From contig JAYYUJ010000018.1 in the NCBI GenBank assembly GCA_036344075.1, forward strand, positions 460 through 64,459: 64,000 bases of DNA, written 5' to 3'. Of the stretch, positions 56,681-64,000 are shown in pieces. The DNA is from Pseudomonadota bacterium (lineage in GTDB: Bacteria; Pseudomonadota; Gammaproteobacteria; Pseudomonadales; UBA7434). Below the pieces are notes generated by a model. That model had not been told where the DNA came from and made no database searches. It saw only the letters and a program-made list of their open reading frames with translations. The position numbers and the translations under genes were made by a program. Numbering within the stretch: position 1 is the first letter of the stretch; each line of letters starts with the position of its first letter.

Positions 56681-57667
56681 ATGGATGTCAGTATAATTAT
56701 ACCCGTGTATAACTGCGAGCAGCATATTCATTGTGCACTTGATAGCGCTTTGCAGCAGAAATTCAAAGGCAAATTGGAAGTAATTGTCGTTAATGATGGA
56801 AGCGTTGATAATAGCGGTAGTATTTGTAAGGAATACTTAGCGAAATTTTATGATCAGTTGACATATTTAGAGTATGAAGAAAATAAGGGCGTGTCTGCCG
56901 CGCGTAATACCGCAATGGATTTAATGAAGGGGGAGTACTTCACTTTCTTGGATGCCGATGATATTTTGCCAGCTAACGCGATACAGAAAATGTATGATTT
57001 AGCTGAAGAAAAACAAAGCGATATTGTATTGGGGTCGATTGAGAGAATGCATGAAAATTTTTATTTGCAAGAGAAAGCATCTAAAAAGCATACGATAATT
57101 CTAGATAGTGACCAGGGGTTGATTGAGCTAATGAACCACAAGTCTATAAGGGGTCATGTGTGGGGGAAACTCTTTAAAAATAAAAAAAATCAGAAGATCC
57201 AATTTTCATCAGATCTTCGTTACGCCGAAGATCTACTTTTCTGTGTTGATATATTCACTAGTAGTGATTCAGTATGCATTAGCAGCATTCCATGTTACAT
57301 TTATTGTCAACATGAACAGAGCACTGTACACAAAAAATTTGAAGGATTTCTATATGTCGATTGGACTAAGAGTGTTGAGTTGGTTGGTGAGAAATGCGAA
57401 AATTTAAAATTTCAAAAGCCGTACTACAGACTAAAAATTAAAACTATTCACCAGCTTGTTAGGGAATTAAGATTTGCAAAAAAAAATGAATCTGAGCAGG
57501 TGATAGCCCATGTTAAGGAGAAAATTAGCATTTGGCAGATTTCTTTAATGGGTTTGATAAAAAATCGTTCTTTAAGCTTAGCCAACTTACTCAAAATTGG
57601 ACAGATAAATTACATACTATGGATCCTTAGTAAAAAAGCGTTAAAGAATAAGGGCTTTGGCTTATGA
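56681..57667 (+). CDS. Glycosyltransferase family 2
   Basis: 328 aa. It has VSIIIPVYNCEQHI, and EVIVVNDGSVDNS and FLDADD (DxD). Confidence 0.88.
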   Translation: MDVSIIIPVYNCEQHIHCALDSALQQKFKGKLEVIVVNDGSVDNSGSICKEYLAKFYDQLTYLEYEENKGVSAARNTAMDLMKGEYFTFLDADDILPANAIQKMYDLAEEKQSDIVLGSIERMHENFYLQEKASKKHTIILDSDQGLIELMNHKSIRGHVWGKLFKNKKNQKIQFSSDLRYAEDLLFCVDIFTSSDSVCISSIPCYIYCQHEQSTVHKKFEGFLYVDWTKSVELVGEKCENLKFQKPYYRLKIKTIHQLVRELRFAKKNESEQVIAHVKEKISIWQISLMGLIKNRSLSLANLLKIGQINYILWILSKKALKNKGFGL

Positions 57668-58500
57668 AACTTAAAGAGTATCCTTTCTCTGTAGTTAACT
57701 CTTTAAAATTAAATTTTATTGTAAGGCCCAATCATGTTGTGAGGCCGACCCCCTGTGTTGTCTCATTGACATCGATTGATTCGCGGATAAAAACATTACA
57801 TTTAACGATAAAAAGTCTGCTTGCACAGACTTATCCCCCAAAAAAAATTATATTATGGTTGCACCATGATCTTGAAAATCAATTACCAAAAAGTCTATTG
57901 CGCTTGAAGGATGATATCTTCCAAATTCGATTTAGGAGTCAATTTTCCTCTCACCGTAAACTAGTCTTTTCACTTCAGGAATTTTCAGACAAGATTATAG
58001 TTACCTGCGATGATGATGTTATGTACGATAAAAATTGGCTTAAAAGTTTATATGAAAGCCATTTGAAGTTTCCATCGGATGTTATTGCCCAAGAATGTCG
58101 TGAAATAAGTGTTAAAAAGGGTAAGCTTTTACCATATGCGGACTGGCCATACAATGAGAGCGAAAATATTACATTGCCAAATTTGTTGCCAATTGGTTAT
58201 GGCGGTGTTTTGTACCCTGCGAATGCCATGCATGCTGATACAATAAAAGAAGAGCTTTATATGCAATTAGCCCCTAAAGCTGACGATTTATGGTTTAAAG
58301 CAATGAGTTTAATGAATGGCGTCAAGGTAAGAAGACCGCTTAACCCAGTTAAAAAACCTATACCGATAATTGGTGTAAAAGGCAATTCACTAGCCAAATC
58401 AAATATCATCGAAGATGGTAACCGAAAACAGTGGAAGGCTATATGTAATTACTATAATTTAAATCATGATTGCAGTATTAGTTTTGACTACCAAAATTAA
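57664..58500 (+). CDS. Putative GT-A-fold glycosyltransferase (uncharacterised family)
   Basis: 278 aa. It has VVSLTSIDSRIKTLHLTIKSLLAQTYPPKKIILWL, then VTCDDDVMYDKNW (DxD-like), and later DDLWF. A 4-nt ATGA overlap links it to the upstream GT2 gene. Confidence 0.55.
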   Translation: MKLKEYPFSVVNSLKLNFIVRPNHVVRPTPCVVSLTSIDSRIKTLHLTIKSLLAQTYPPKKIILWLHHDLENQLPKSLLRLKDDIFQIRFRSQFSSHRKLVFSLQEFSDKIIVTCDDDVMYDKNWLKSLYESHLKFPSDVIAQECREISVKKGKLLPYADWPYNESENITLPNLLPIGYGGVLYPANAMHADTIKEELYMQLAPKADDLWFKAMSLMNGVKVRRPLNPVKKPIPIIGVKGNSLAKSNIIEDGNRKQWKAICNYYNLNHDCSISFDYQN

Positions 58501-58582
58501 ACTTAAAAATCTATAAATCGACTTTTATATTTTTAAGTGAATTATGATTTGATGAATTAATTTCATTTAGGTTGAATAGCAA

Positions 58583-59420
58583 ATGAAAAACTCCAATAAT
58601 TTATTTAACTAGATTCAACCTTCAGTAAAGAGACGGTTTTTTAGAAAATAATAATAAACATTCTTAATTAAATGATTGGTTATTGTACAGGTTTAATCTT
58701 TTTGAAAATATTGCTTGCCTCAGCTAAAAGTGCAAACTAATGAAAACTTTCAGTGGCTTTTATTTTCGACAAAGAAACTCCTGATGTATTCCGAGAAAGA
58801 ATTAACGAAGTAAGAAGTATCTTTCCTCAAATCAAAATTTTCTGTGTTGAAGGATTTGATGATATAGACGCAACAGTGAATCATGTTGATAATCATACCG
58901 AAATTGTTATTACAACTAGAATTGATATTGATGATGCCCTTAAAAAAGATATCTTAGATGTCATTCTTACGGAGACTCAAAAAACTCAATCAGATTTATG
59001 TATCAACTTGAAAATTAGTTTCTCATTTAATAGTGATTCGGTCGAAACCTTTTCATCTAGTCATAACCCTTTTTCTTCATTAGTCGAACATAAAAAACTA
59101 AAGCCTTATGTTACTATTTTTAGTAAAAAGCACTGAAAAATTTATCGATTAGCTTGAGTGAAAAAATAACTTCGGGACCTCATTAGCTAATGCTCATACA
59201 TGACAGGAATATAGTAAACGGAATGCCAGGTGAATATAATGCTCATAAGGCTTAGGAATGGGGTCGTTTAGATCTTTATCTTGGGAAATACTTACTGCTT
59301 AGTATTTGTCAATTTTTTTGGCCTGAACAAGTTAATAGGTATTATGTTGAGGAATTAAAGGTTATTTTTATTATAAAAATTTTGTTTATTAACTATGAAA
59401 ATCTGGATATGAATTTATAA
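58583..59420 (+). pseudogene. Decayed glycosyltransferase gene (TRFN...YCLPS...FxW family, 'putative rhamnosyltransferase'-like)
   Basis: The pieces are collinear across three frames:
- MKNSNN (ATG at 58583).
- IYLTRFNLQ, then a stop.
- DWLLYRFNLFE.
- KYCLPQLKVQTNENFQWL.
- A frameshift into the track ORF at 58753-59136: FIFDKETPDVFRERINEV...TTRIDIDDAL.
- The same frame then continues through stops at 59134, 59155 and 59185 (..LMLIHDRNIVNG..).

The family assignment is from memory. The 3' boundary is uncertain. Confidence 0.5.
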
Positions 59421-59424
59421 AAGT

Positions 59425-60252
59425 TTACTCATAATCAAGGCCAGCTTCCTTAATGCCCGCTGAGGTTTTAATAATCTTATCTTTTATCGTTGTGCTTCGA
59501 ATATCATTGTTCTTTTTCCAAGAAACTGCATTCTCATATGACTTTGAATGATCAAGATGAACGCATATGGCGCTGTAGCGAATCTGCTTGGCTTTTAACC
59601 CTAAATTTTTAAGTCGACTGCCAAATTCACAATCTTGTCCGCCGTATTGCATGCGTTCATCGAAGCCATTTATTTTAATCATGTCTGATTTAAAACATGA
59701 GGCATTATGGCCATTCCATGTTCTTCTCGTGGGTGTTAAGTGGTTTAACAACTTGGCTAAAAAAGTTGAGCGAGTTAATTTCCATAATTTGTGAGATTTT
59801 TTAAATCCTTTTCGTATTAGCCATTCGCTATTAAAGCATTCCCCATCAATAATATCTTGTTGAGTAATATCTCGGCTAAGTGGTAGCGGTAGTTTTAAGT
59901 AACCGCCTGATAGAAAGTAGCCCGGCTCTGCTTTTGCACGATGTGTTGCAATGAAATCTTCTCTAGGGATACAGTCGCCATCAGTGACAACAATATATTT
60001 GCCCTCCGCCGAAACGATAGCTTTATTTAGGATGCGACATTTTTGAAATCCATCATCCTCTTGCCAAACATGCTTAATAGGCATTAGTGATCTTGCTTTA
60101 AAATCAGTAATGACTCTTTGAGTTTCTATTGTTGAACCATCATCAGCAATTACAATTTCAAAGTTATCATCGGTTTGTTGCTCAAATCCCCACAGTACTT
60201 TTTGCAGCCAATCGGGCGAGTTGTAGGTGGTGAAGATAACACTTATTTTCAA
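59425..60252 (-). CDS. Glycosyltransferase family 2 (with galactosyltransferase-like C-terminal region)
   Basis: 275 aa. It has KISVIFTTYNSPDWL, and EIVIADDGSTIET, and VTDGDCIP (DxD-type). It is transcribed opposite to the neighbouring GT genes. Confidence 0.8.
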   Translation of the reverse strand: MKISVIFTTYNSPDWLQKVLWGFEQQTDDNFEIVIADDGSTIETQRVITDFKARSLMPIKHVWQEDDGFQKCRILNKAIVSAEGKYIVVTDGDCIPREDFIATHRAKAEPGYFLSGGYLKLPLPLSRDITQQDIIDGECFNSEWLIRKGFKKSHKLWKLTRSTFLAKLLNHLTPTRRTWNGHNASCFKSDMIKINGFDERMQYGGQDCEFGSRLKNLGLKAKQIRYSAICVHLDHSKSYENAVSWKKNNDIRSTTIKDKIIKTSAGIKEAGLDYE

Positions 60253-60540
60253 TTCGATTTCTCTTATGCAGTATTAACGTTAAATATAATCCAGCACTTT
60301 ATTAATGAGCACTTATAAATCAGTTAGTTATAGAGCTATAGGTTTTTCTATTATTGCCCTTTATAATCGCTGATTGCTTTGGCGGTCTATCAGTACTGTC
60401 GAATTTTGAAATTGGATAGATTTTGTAATTGTTTGGCTCAAACTAAAGAATTCACACTTCCATATAAATTCTATTATATTATTTACCTTCAATACTTAAC
60501 AACTATATTCTGAAATGATTGAGTAAAAGTCACCCTAATT

Positions 60541-62289
60541 GTGAAAAAGACTACATTATCCTCACACATCAAGCTCTCAGTTTTTTTTAGCCGATTCTTA
60601 GGCTATGGAAAAAAACAAGCGTTACCATTTTCACTGGCATTTATTGGCTATGGTTTATATGCCTTATCGCAACCAGCTTTTGCTATGTTGATGGAGGCGT
60701 TTGTACGTGCTTTGGAGGGCGAGTATGCCGATAGCTTGTATGTGGTGCCGCTGATGTGTGTCGTTATCGCCCTGTTTAGAGGCTTAGGCAGTTACTTAGG
60801 CAGTTATTATATGAGCAAGGCGGGCGCTAATATCGTGCACAGTGTTCGCTGTGATATGTATGAAAATATTGTTCGTTTGCCGATGAAGTTTTTTGATGAC
60901 AATAAAAGCGGCCGTTTAGTGTCGCTGTTTACTTACAATTCTAATTTAATGATCACCTCAACCACGCAGTCGTTAAAAACTATCGGTCGTGAAGGTTTAA
61001 CGGTTATTGCATTGCTGGGCTATTTGTTTTATCAAAGTATCTCATTAACTCTGACATTTTTATTACTGGGCCCACCTATTGCCTTGGCGGTTGTTTGGAT
61101 TTCTAGAAAAGTGAAACGATTAGGCCATGGTATTCAAGCTTCAACGGGTGAGCTAAATCATGTTGCTGCTGAAACATTTTCTGGTATACGTCAAGTGAAG
61201 TCTTCTGCGAATGAAGGTAATGAAAGAGATAGGTTTTTTCAGATCAGTGATCTAACTAAACGGCTCGGCCTCAGATTAGCAAAATTTAGCGCTATTTATA
61301 CGCCTTTTATGCAAGTGATGGTCATCATTGTGATGGCGTTGATTATGTACATTGTACTGCTATCTCGAGGCTCACTGGACACTGCGCAGTTAGTGGCTTA
61401 TGTGACGGCGGTGGGCTTAATGCCTAAACCTATTCGCAGTTTAAGTGAAGTGCATCCTAAATTGCTAGAGGCTGCAGTGGTGGCCGAAGAAGTCTTTACT
61501 CATATCGATTTAGAGCAGGAGCAAGACCAGGGTCAGATCGACAATGTTAATCTATTAGGTAAGCTGTCGTTTAATCAAGTCAGTTTTGCCTATAAAAAAG
61601 ATGATCAACTGGCTTTGGAGGGAATCGATTTTCAGCTTGAGGCAGGAAAAACAATGGCGATTGTAGGTCGCTCTGGCGGAGGGAAGTCGACGTTAGTTAA
61701 TTTAATTACCCGTTTTTACTTGCCCACTCAGGGTGAAGTGCGTATAGACGATGTTCCTATTAATCAATATAAGTTGCCTTTTTTAAGAGCCAATATTGCA
61801 ATGGTCTCGCAGCAGGTTGTGTTATTTAACGATTCGATTAAAGCCAATATCGCTTACGGTGCCGCTGATGTGACAGAGTCAGAAATTGTTGCCGCTGCGA
61901 AAGCTGCGAATGCCGATGAATTTATTAATGACTTTCCGTTAGCCTACGATACGATTGTGGGTGAAAATGGCGCTATGTTATCGGGTGGTCAGCGTCAGCG
62001 AATTGCTATTGCGCGGGCTATTTTATCGGATGCGCGATTATTAATTCTTGATGAGGCCACCTCTGCGCTAGATAATGAATCAGAAGTGAAGGTGCAATTA
62101 GCCTTAGAATCATTAATGAAAGATCGCACTACTATTGTTATCGCCCATCGTCTGACTACCATCGAAAATGCGGATCATATTCTCCATCTTGATGACGGTA
62201 AAATTGTCGAGCAGGGTAGCCACGACGAGTTAATGCTGGTTAATGGCTTATATTCGCGTATGGTCTTGCGCGATTTTATTGATGCCTAG
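60541..62289 (+). CDS. msbA: Lipid A export ABC transporter (ATP-binding/permease) MsbA
   Basis: 582 aa. An N-terminal 6-TM domain is followed by an NBD with Walker A GRSGGGKST, the signature LSGGQRQR, and Walker B LLILDEATSALD. It has a GTG start according to the track. It sits in an LPS gene context. Confidence 0.88.
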   Translation: MKKTTLSSHIKLSVFFSRFLGYGKKQALPFSLAFIGYGLYALSQPAFAMLMEAFVRALEGEYADSLYVVPLMCVVIALFRGLGSYLGSYYMSKAGANIVHSVRCDMYENIVRLPMKFFDDNKSGRLVSLFTYNSNLMITSTTQSLKTIGREGLTVIALLGYLFYQSISLTLTFLLLGPPIALAVVWISRKVKRLGHGIQASTGELNHVAAETFSGIRQVKSSANEGNERDRFFQISDLTKRLGLRLAKFSAIYTPFMQVMVIIVMALIMYIVLLSRGSLDTAQLVAYVTAVGLMPKPIRSLSEVHPKLLEAAVVAEEVFTHIDLEQEQDQGQIDNVNLLGKLSFNQVSFAYKKDDQLALEGIDFQLEAGKTMAIVGRSGGGKSTLVNLITRFYLPTQGEVRIDDVPINQYKLPFLRANIAMVSQQVVLFNDSIKANIAYGAADVTESEIVAAAKAANADEFINDFPLAYDTIVGENGAMLSGGQRQRIAIARAILSDARLLILDEATSALDNESEVKVQLALESLMKDRTTIVIAHRLTTIENADHILHLDDGKIVEQGSHDELMLVNGLYSRMVLRDFIDA

Positions 62290-62691
62290 TCAGGTTGACT
62301 GAAACAGTGTCAGTGATTACTTACTATTATAAAGATTATTGTGGACACAAAGGCCTGCCCCGTATCTTTTTTGATCAGAGTTGCGAGCAGCCATAACTTA
62401 TTTAACTTTTGCAGTTAAAATTTGATTAATAAATAGCCGCTTACCCTAGACTGTTCATGCGCTTTGTAAGAAAATAAGCCCTTGTTATTGATCAGTTTCA
62501 TTTCCTCATCGCTTTTCACTTAACAAAAGCCTCTCATGTTGGCAAATGTTGATGCTGGCTTAACTTGGTTCAGTCCAGGCGCTTCAGTGGCTTGATAAGG
62601 CTTATTGACCCGCTAACATCGGCATTTCTTGAACTGAATGTGATCAGTCAATCGAGCCAGCATTAAATCGAATTAGAATTTCATCAAGCCT

Positions 62692-64000
62692 ATGTCACTA
62701 GAAGTACAAAACAAATCGACATTAGCCTCTACTTCAGAGCGTGTGGCGTTGAGGCGCGAACGTCAACTCTCGTTATTCAGTGATGCCGACAGCAAATCAA
62801 TTGATAACAAGTCCAGCCATAATGACGATCTTACTGACCGAGATAATAGCCAAGCGCGACCACTGAGAATATGCATCTCTGGTTATCGAAGCGCGCCTTT
62901 TGGTGGTGGACAAGGTATCTATATTAAGTATCTGAGCAAGGCGTTGGTTGAAGCGGGACATTCGGTTGATGTTGTTTCCGGTCAGCCTTACCCAATGCTT
63001 GATGAGCGAGTGAATCTTATTAAGCTTCCCGGCCTTGATTTGTTCGCAAACGGTTTACTGTCCTTACGACCAAGGCATTTAGCGTCAATGACCAATATTA
63101 TTGAATGGTTGAGTAAATTAACTGGCGGCTTTGCTGAGCCTTATTGTTTTTCGCGGCGTCTGTATCATTACTTGCTAGTGCACTCAGATAGTTACGATAT
63201 TATTCATGATAATCAATGTCTGGGTTGGGATATGTTGAAGGTTCAGCGTGATGGTTTTCCCTTGTTAACGACCATTCATCATCCTATCACCAGTGATTTA
63301 CAGATTGCCTTGAATGCTTGTCAGCATTGGTGGGAAAAATTATTAATACGGCGCTGGCACTCATTTTTAACTATGCAAAAAAAAGTGGCAGCGAAATTGA
63401 ATAATATTGTGACCGTTTCAGAGCGATCGTATACTGACATTATTGAGTCTTTTGACCTGAATTCAGACAATATTCATTTAATCTATAACGGCATCGATAC
63501 CAAGGAATTTAAACCGATAGACAATATCGAACGAGATAGATGGCAGATTATGGCGACGGCATCCGCTGACCAACCGCTCAAAGGCCTGCGTTTTTTATTG
63601 TTGGCATTTGCTCAATTAGCTAAAAAATATCCTGAACTGCATTTATTATTGGTGAGTCAACCCAAAGTGGGCGGCGAGACTGAAAAATTAGTCAAGCAGC
63701 TTGGCATTGACGATAAAATACAGTTTGTACATGGTATTAGCACGAAGACAATGGTTGAACATTATGCTCGCTCTAGCATTGCGGTCGTGCCCTCTATTTA
63801 TGAGGGCTTTGGTTTGCCCGCCGGGGAGGCTATGGCTTGCGGTGTGCCGGTTATTGCCACTGACGGTGGTGCATTACCTGAAGTCGTCGGCCAAGCGGGT
63901 CTGACGGTACCCATTAAAGATGCCGATGCTATTGCCGCGGCGATCGAAAAATTATTGAGCAATCCTAAAGCGCGAGAGCATTACGGGCAGTTAGGTCGTA
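62692..64000 (+). CDS. Glycosyltransferase family 4 (group 1), 3' end beyond the window. Not listed in the supplied ORF track.
   Basis: By hand translation from the ATG at 62692, the frame stays open to the window end (436 codons plus 1 nt).

The sequence runs ...RPLRICISGYRSAPFGGGQGIYIKYLSKALVEAGHSVDVV..., which is the GT-B N-terminal glycine-rich region. It continues ...VPSIYEGFGLPAGEAMACGVPVIATDGGALPEVV, the EX7E motif region.

The first approximately 57 aa are polar and disordered-looking, so the true start is uncertain. Confidence 0.8.
   Translation, partial: MSLEVQNKSTLASTSERVALRRERQLSLFSDADSKSIDNKSSHNDDLTDRDNSQARPLRICISGYRSAPFGGGQGIYIKYLSKALVEAGHSVDVVSGQPYPMLDERVNLIKLPGLDLFANGLLSLRPRHLASMTNIIEWLSKLTGGFAEPYCFSRRLYHYLLVHSDSYDIIHDNQCLGWDMLKVQRDGFPLLTTIHHPITSDLQIALNACQHWWEKLLIRRWHSFLTMQKKVAAKLNNIVTVSERSYTDIIESFDLNSDNIHLIYNGIDTKEFKPIDNIERDRWQIMATASADQPLKGLRFLLLAFAQLAKKYPELHLLLVSQPKVGGETEKLVKQLGIDDKIQFVHGISTKTMVEHYARSSIAVVPSIYEGFGLPAGEAMACGVPVIATDGGALPEVVGQAGLTVPIKDADAIAAAIEKLLSNPKAREHYGQLGR

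Noticed and set aside
57476-57847. Homopolymer tracts in the GT genes as possible phase-variation switches: A9 at 57478-57486 and C5A8 at 57835-57847. A further A8 tract lies at 57182-57189.
   Set aside because: Comparable A9 runs occur in housekeeping genes, for example ubiH at about 17423-17431. They simply encode Lys-Lys in AT-rich DNA. The tracts are short for slipped-strand switching, and there is no evidence of length variation from a single sequence.
60381-60388. GGCGGTCT upstream of msbA, resembling the RfaH ops/JUMPstart element GGCGGTAG.
   Set aside because: Only 6 of 8 positions match and the rest of the JUMPstart context is absent. The exact 8-mer GGCGGTAG does occur at 26938-26945, but that is antisense inside the LolA-like gene. 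About two chance occurrences of any 8-mer are expected in 64 kb on both strands.
1-64000. Mobile elements, CRISPR arrays, tRNA/rRNA genes, and defence systems (restriction-modification, toxin-antitoxin, CBASS, retron-like).
   Set aside because: I recognised no transposase, integrase, recombinase, Cas, reverse transcriptase, nuclease-NTPase or methylase-endonuclease signatures in any ORF. I saw no regularly spaced direct repeats and no tRNA-like T-arm motif (GGTTCGAATCC-type). The only SNF2 helicase is canonical RapA in its housekeeping form.

Overview
This window looks like a chromosomal segment of a gammaproteobacterium, probably marine, with G+C in the mid-40s % by eye. No organism can be assigned from the sequence alone.

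The backbone is conserved housekeeping synteny:
- rapA
- class I aldolase, divergent from tkt-epd-pgk
- rpiA
- zapA-ssrS(6S RNA)-ygfA, divergent from ygfB-pepP-ubiH-ubiI
- yfbR, gcvH, hemL, metY, argA-argE, ilvE
- an lpxL ... msbA LPS region

Accessory blocks are interleaved with this backbone:
- An orphan cytochrome P450.
- A quinohemoprotein PQQ alcohol dehydrogenase.
- A translationally coupled triad of an RND (MMPL-like) transporter, a beta-barrel protein and a LolA-like protein.
- A roughly 14 kb island with no regulator gene (32.3-46.1 kb). It encodes a crotonase, a DUF1214-like protein, an SDR, a sulfotransferase, an epoxide hydrolase, a D-aminoacylase-like amidohydrolase, an acyl-CoA ligase, a TauD-type dioxygenase, a GATase1 protein, an aldehyde dehydrogenase and a Na+:alanine/glycine-family symporter.
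- A visibly AT-rich glycosyltransferase cassette (55.5-60.5 kb) holding three intact GT genes and two decayed GT pseudogenes.

I found no tRNA, rRNA, CRISPR array, transposase, integrase or phage gene, and no recognisable transcription factor anywhere in the window.

The most unusual observations:
1. PepP carries a roughly 145-aa C-terminal extension ending in about 13 tandem KKKxxx hexapeptide repeats, a polycationic histone-H1-like tail, and its stop codon overlaps the ubiH start.
2. The uncharacterised RND / beta-barrel / LolA-like envelope triad.
3. The sulfotransferase / TauD / amidohydrolase / ligase island. I suggest, purely as inference, that it handles N-acyl-taurine-like or sulfated lipids.
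4. The decaying low-GC LPS glycosyltransferase cassette.
5. A 3'-open GT4 gene (62692..64000) that is missing from the supplied ORF track.

All functional calls rest on motif recognition by eye and remembered family signatures. No database search was run.
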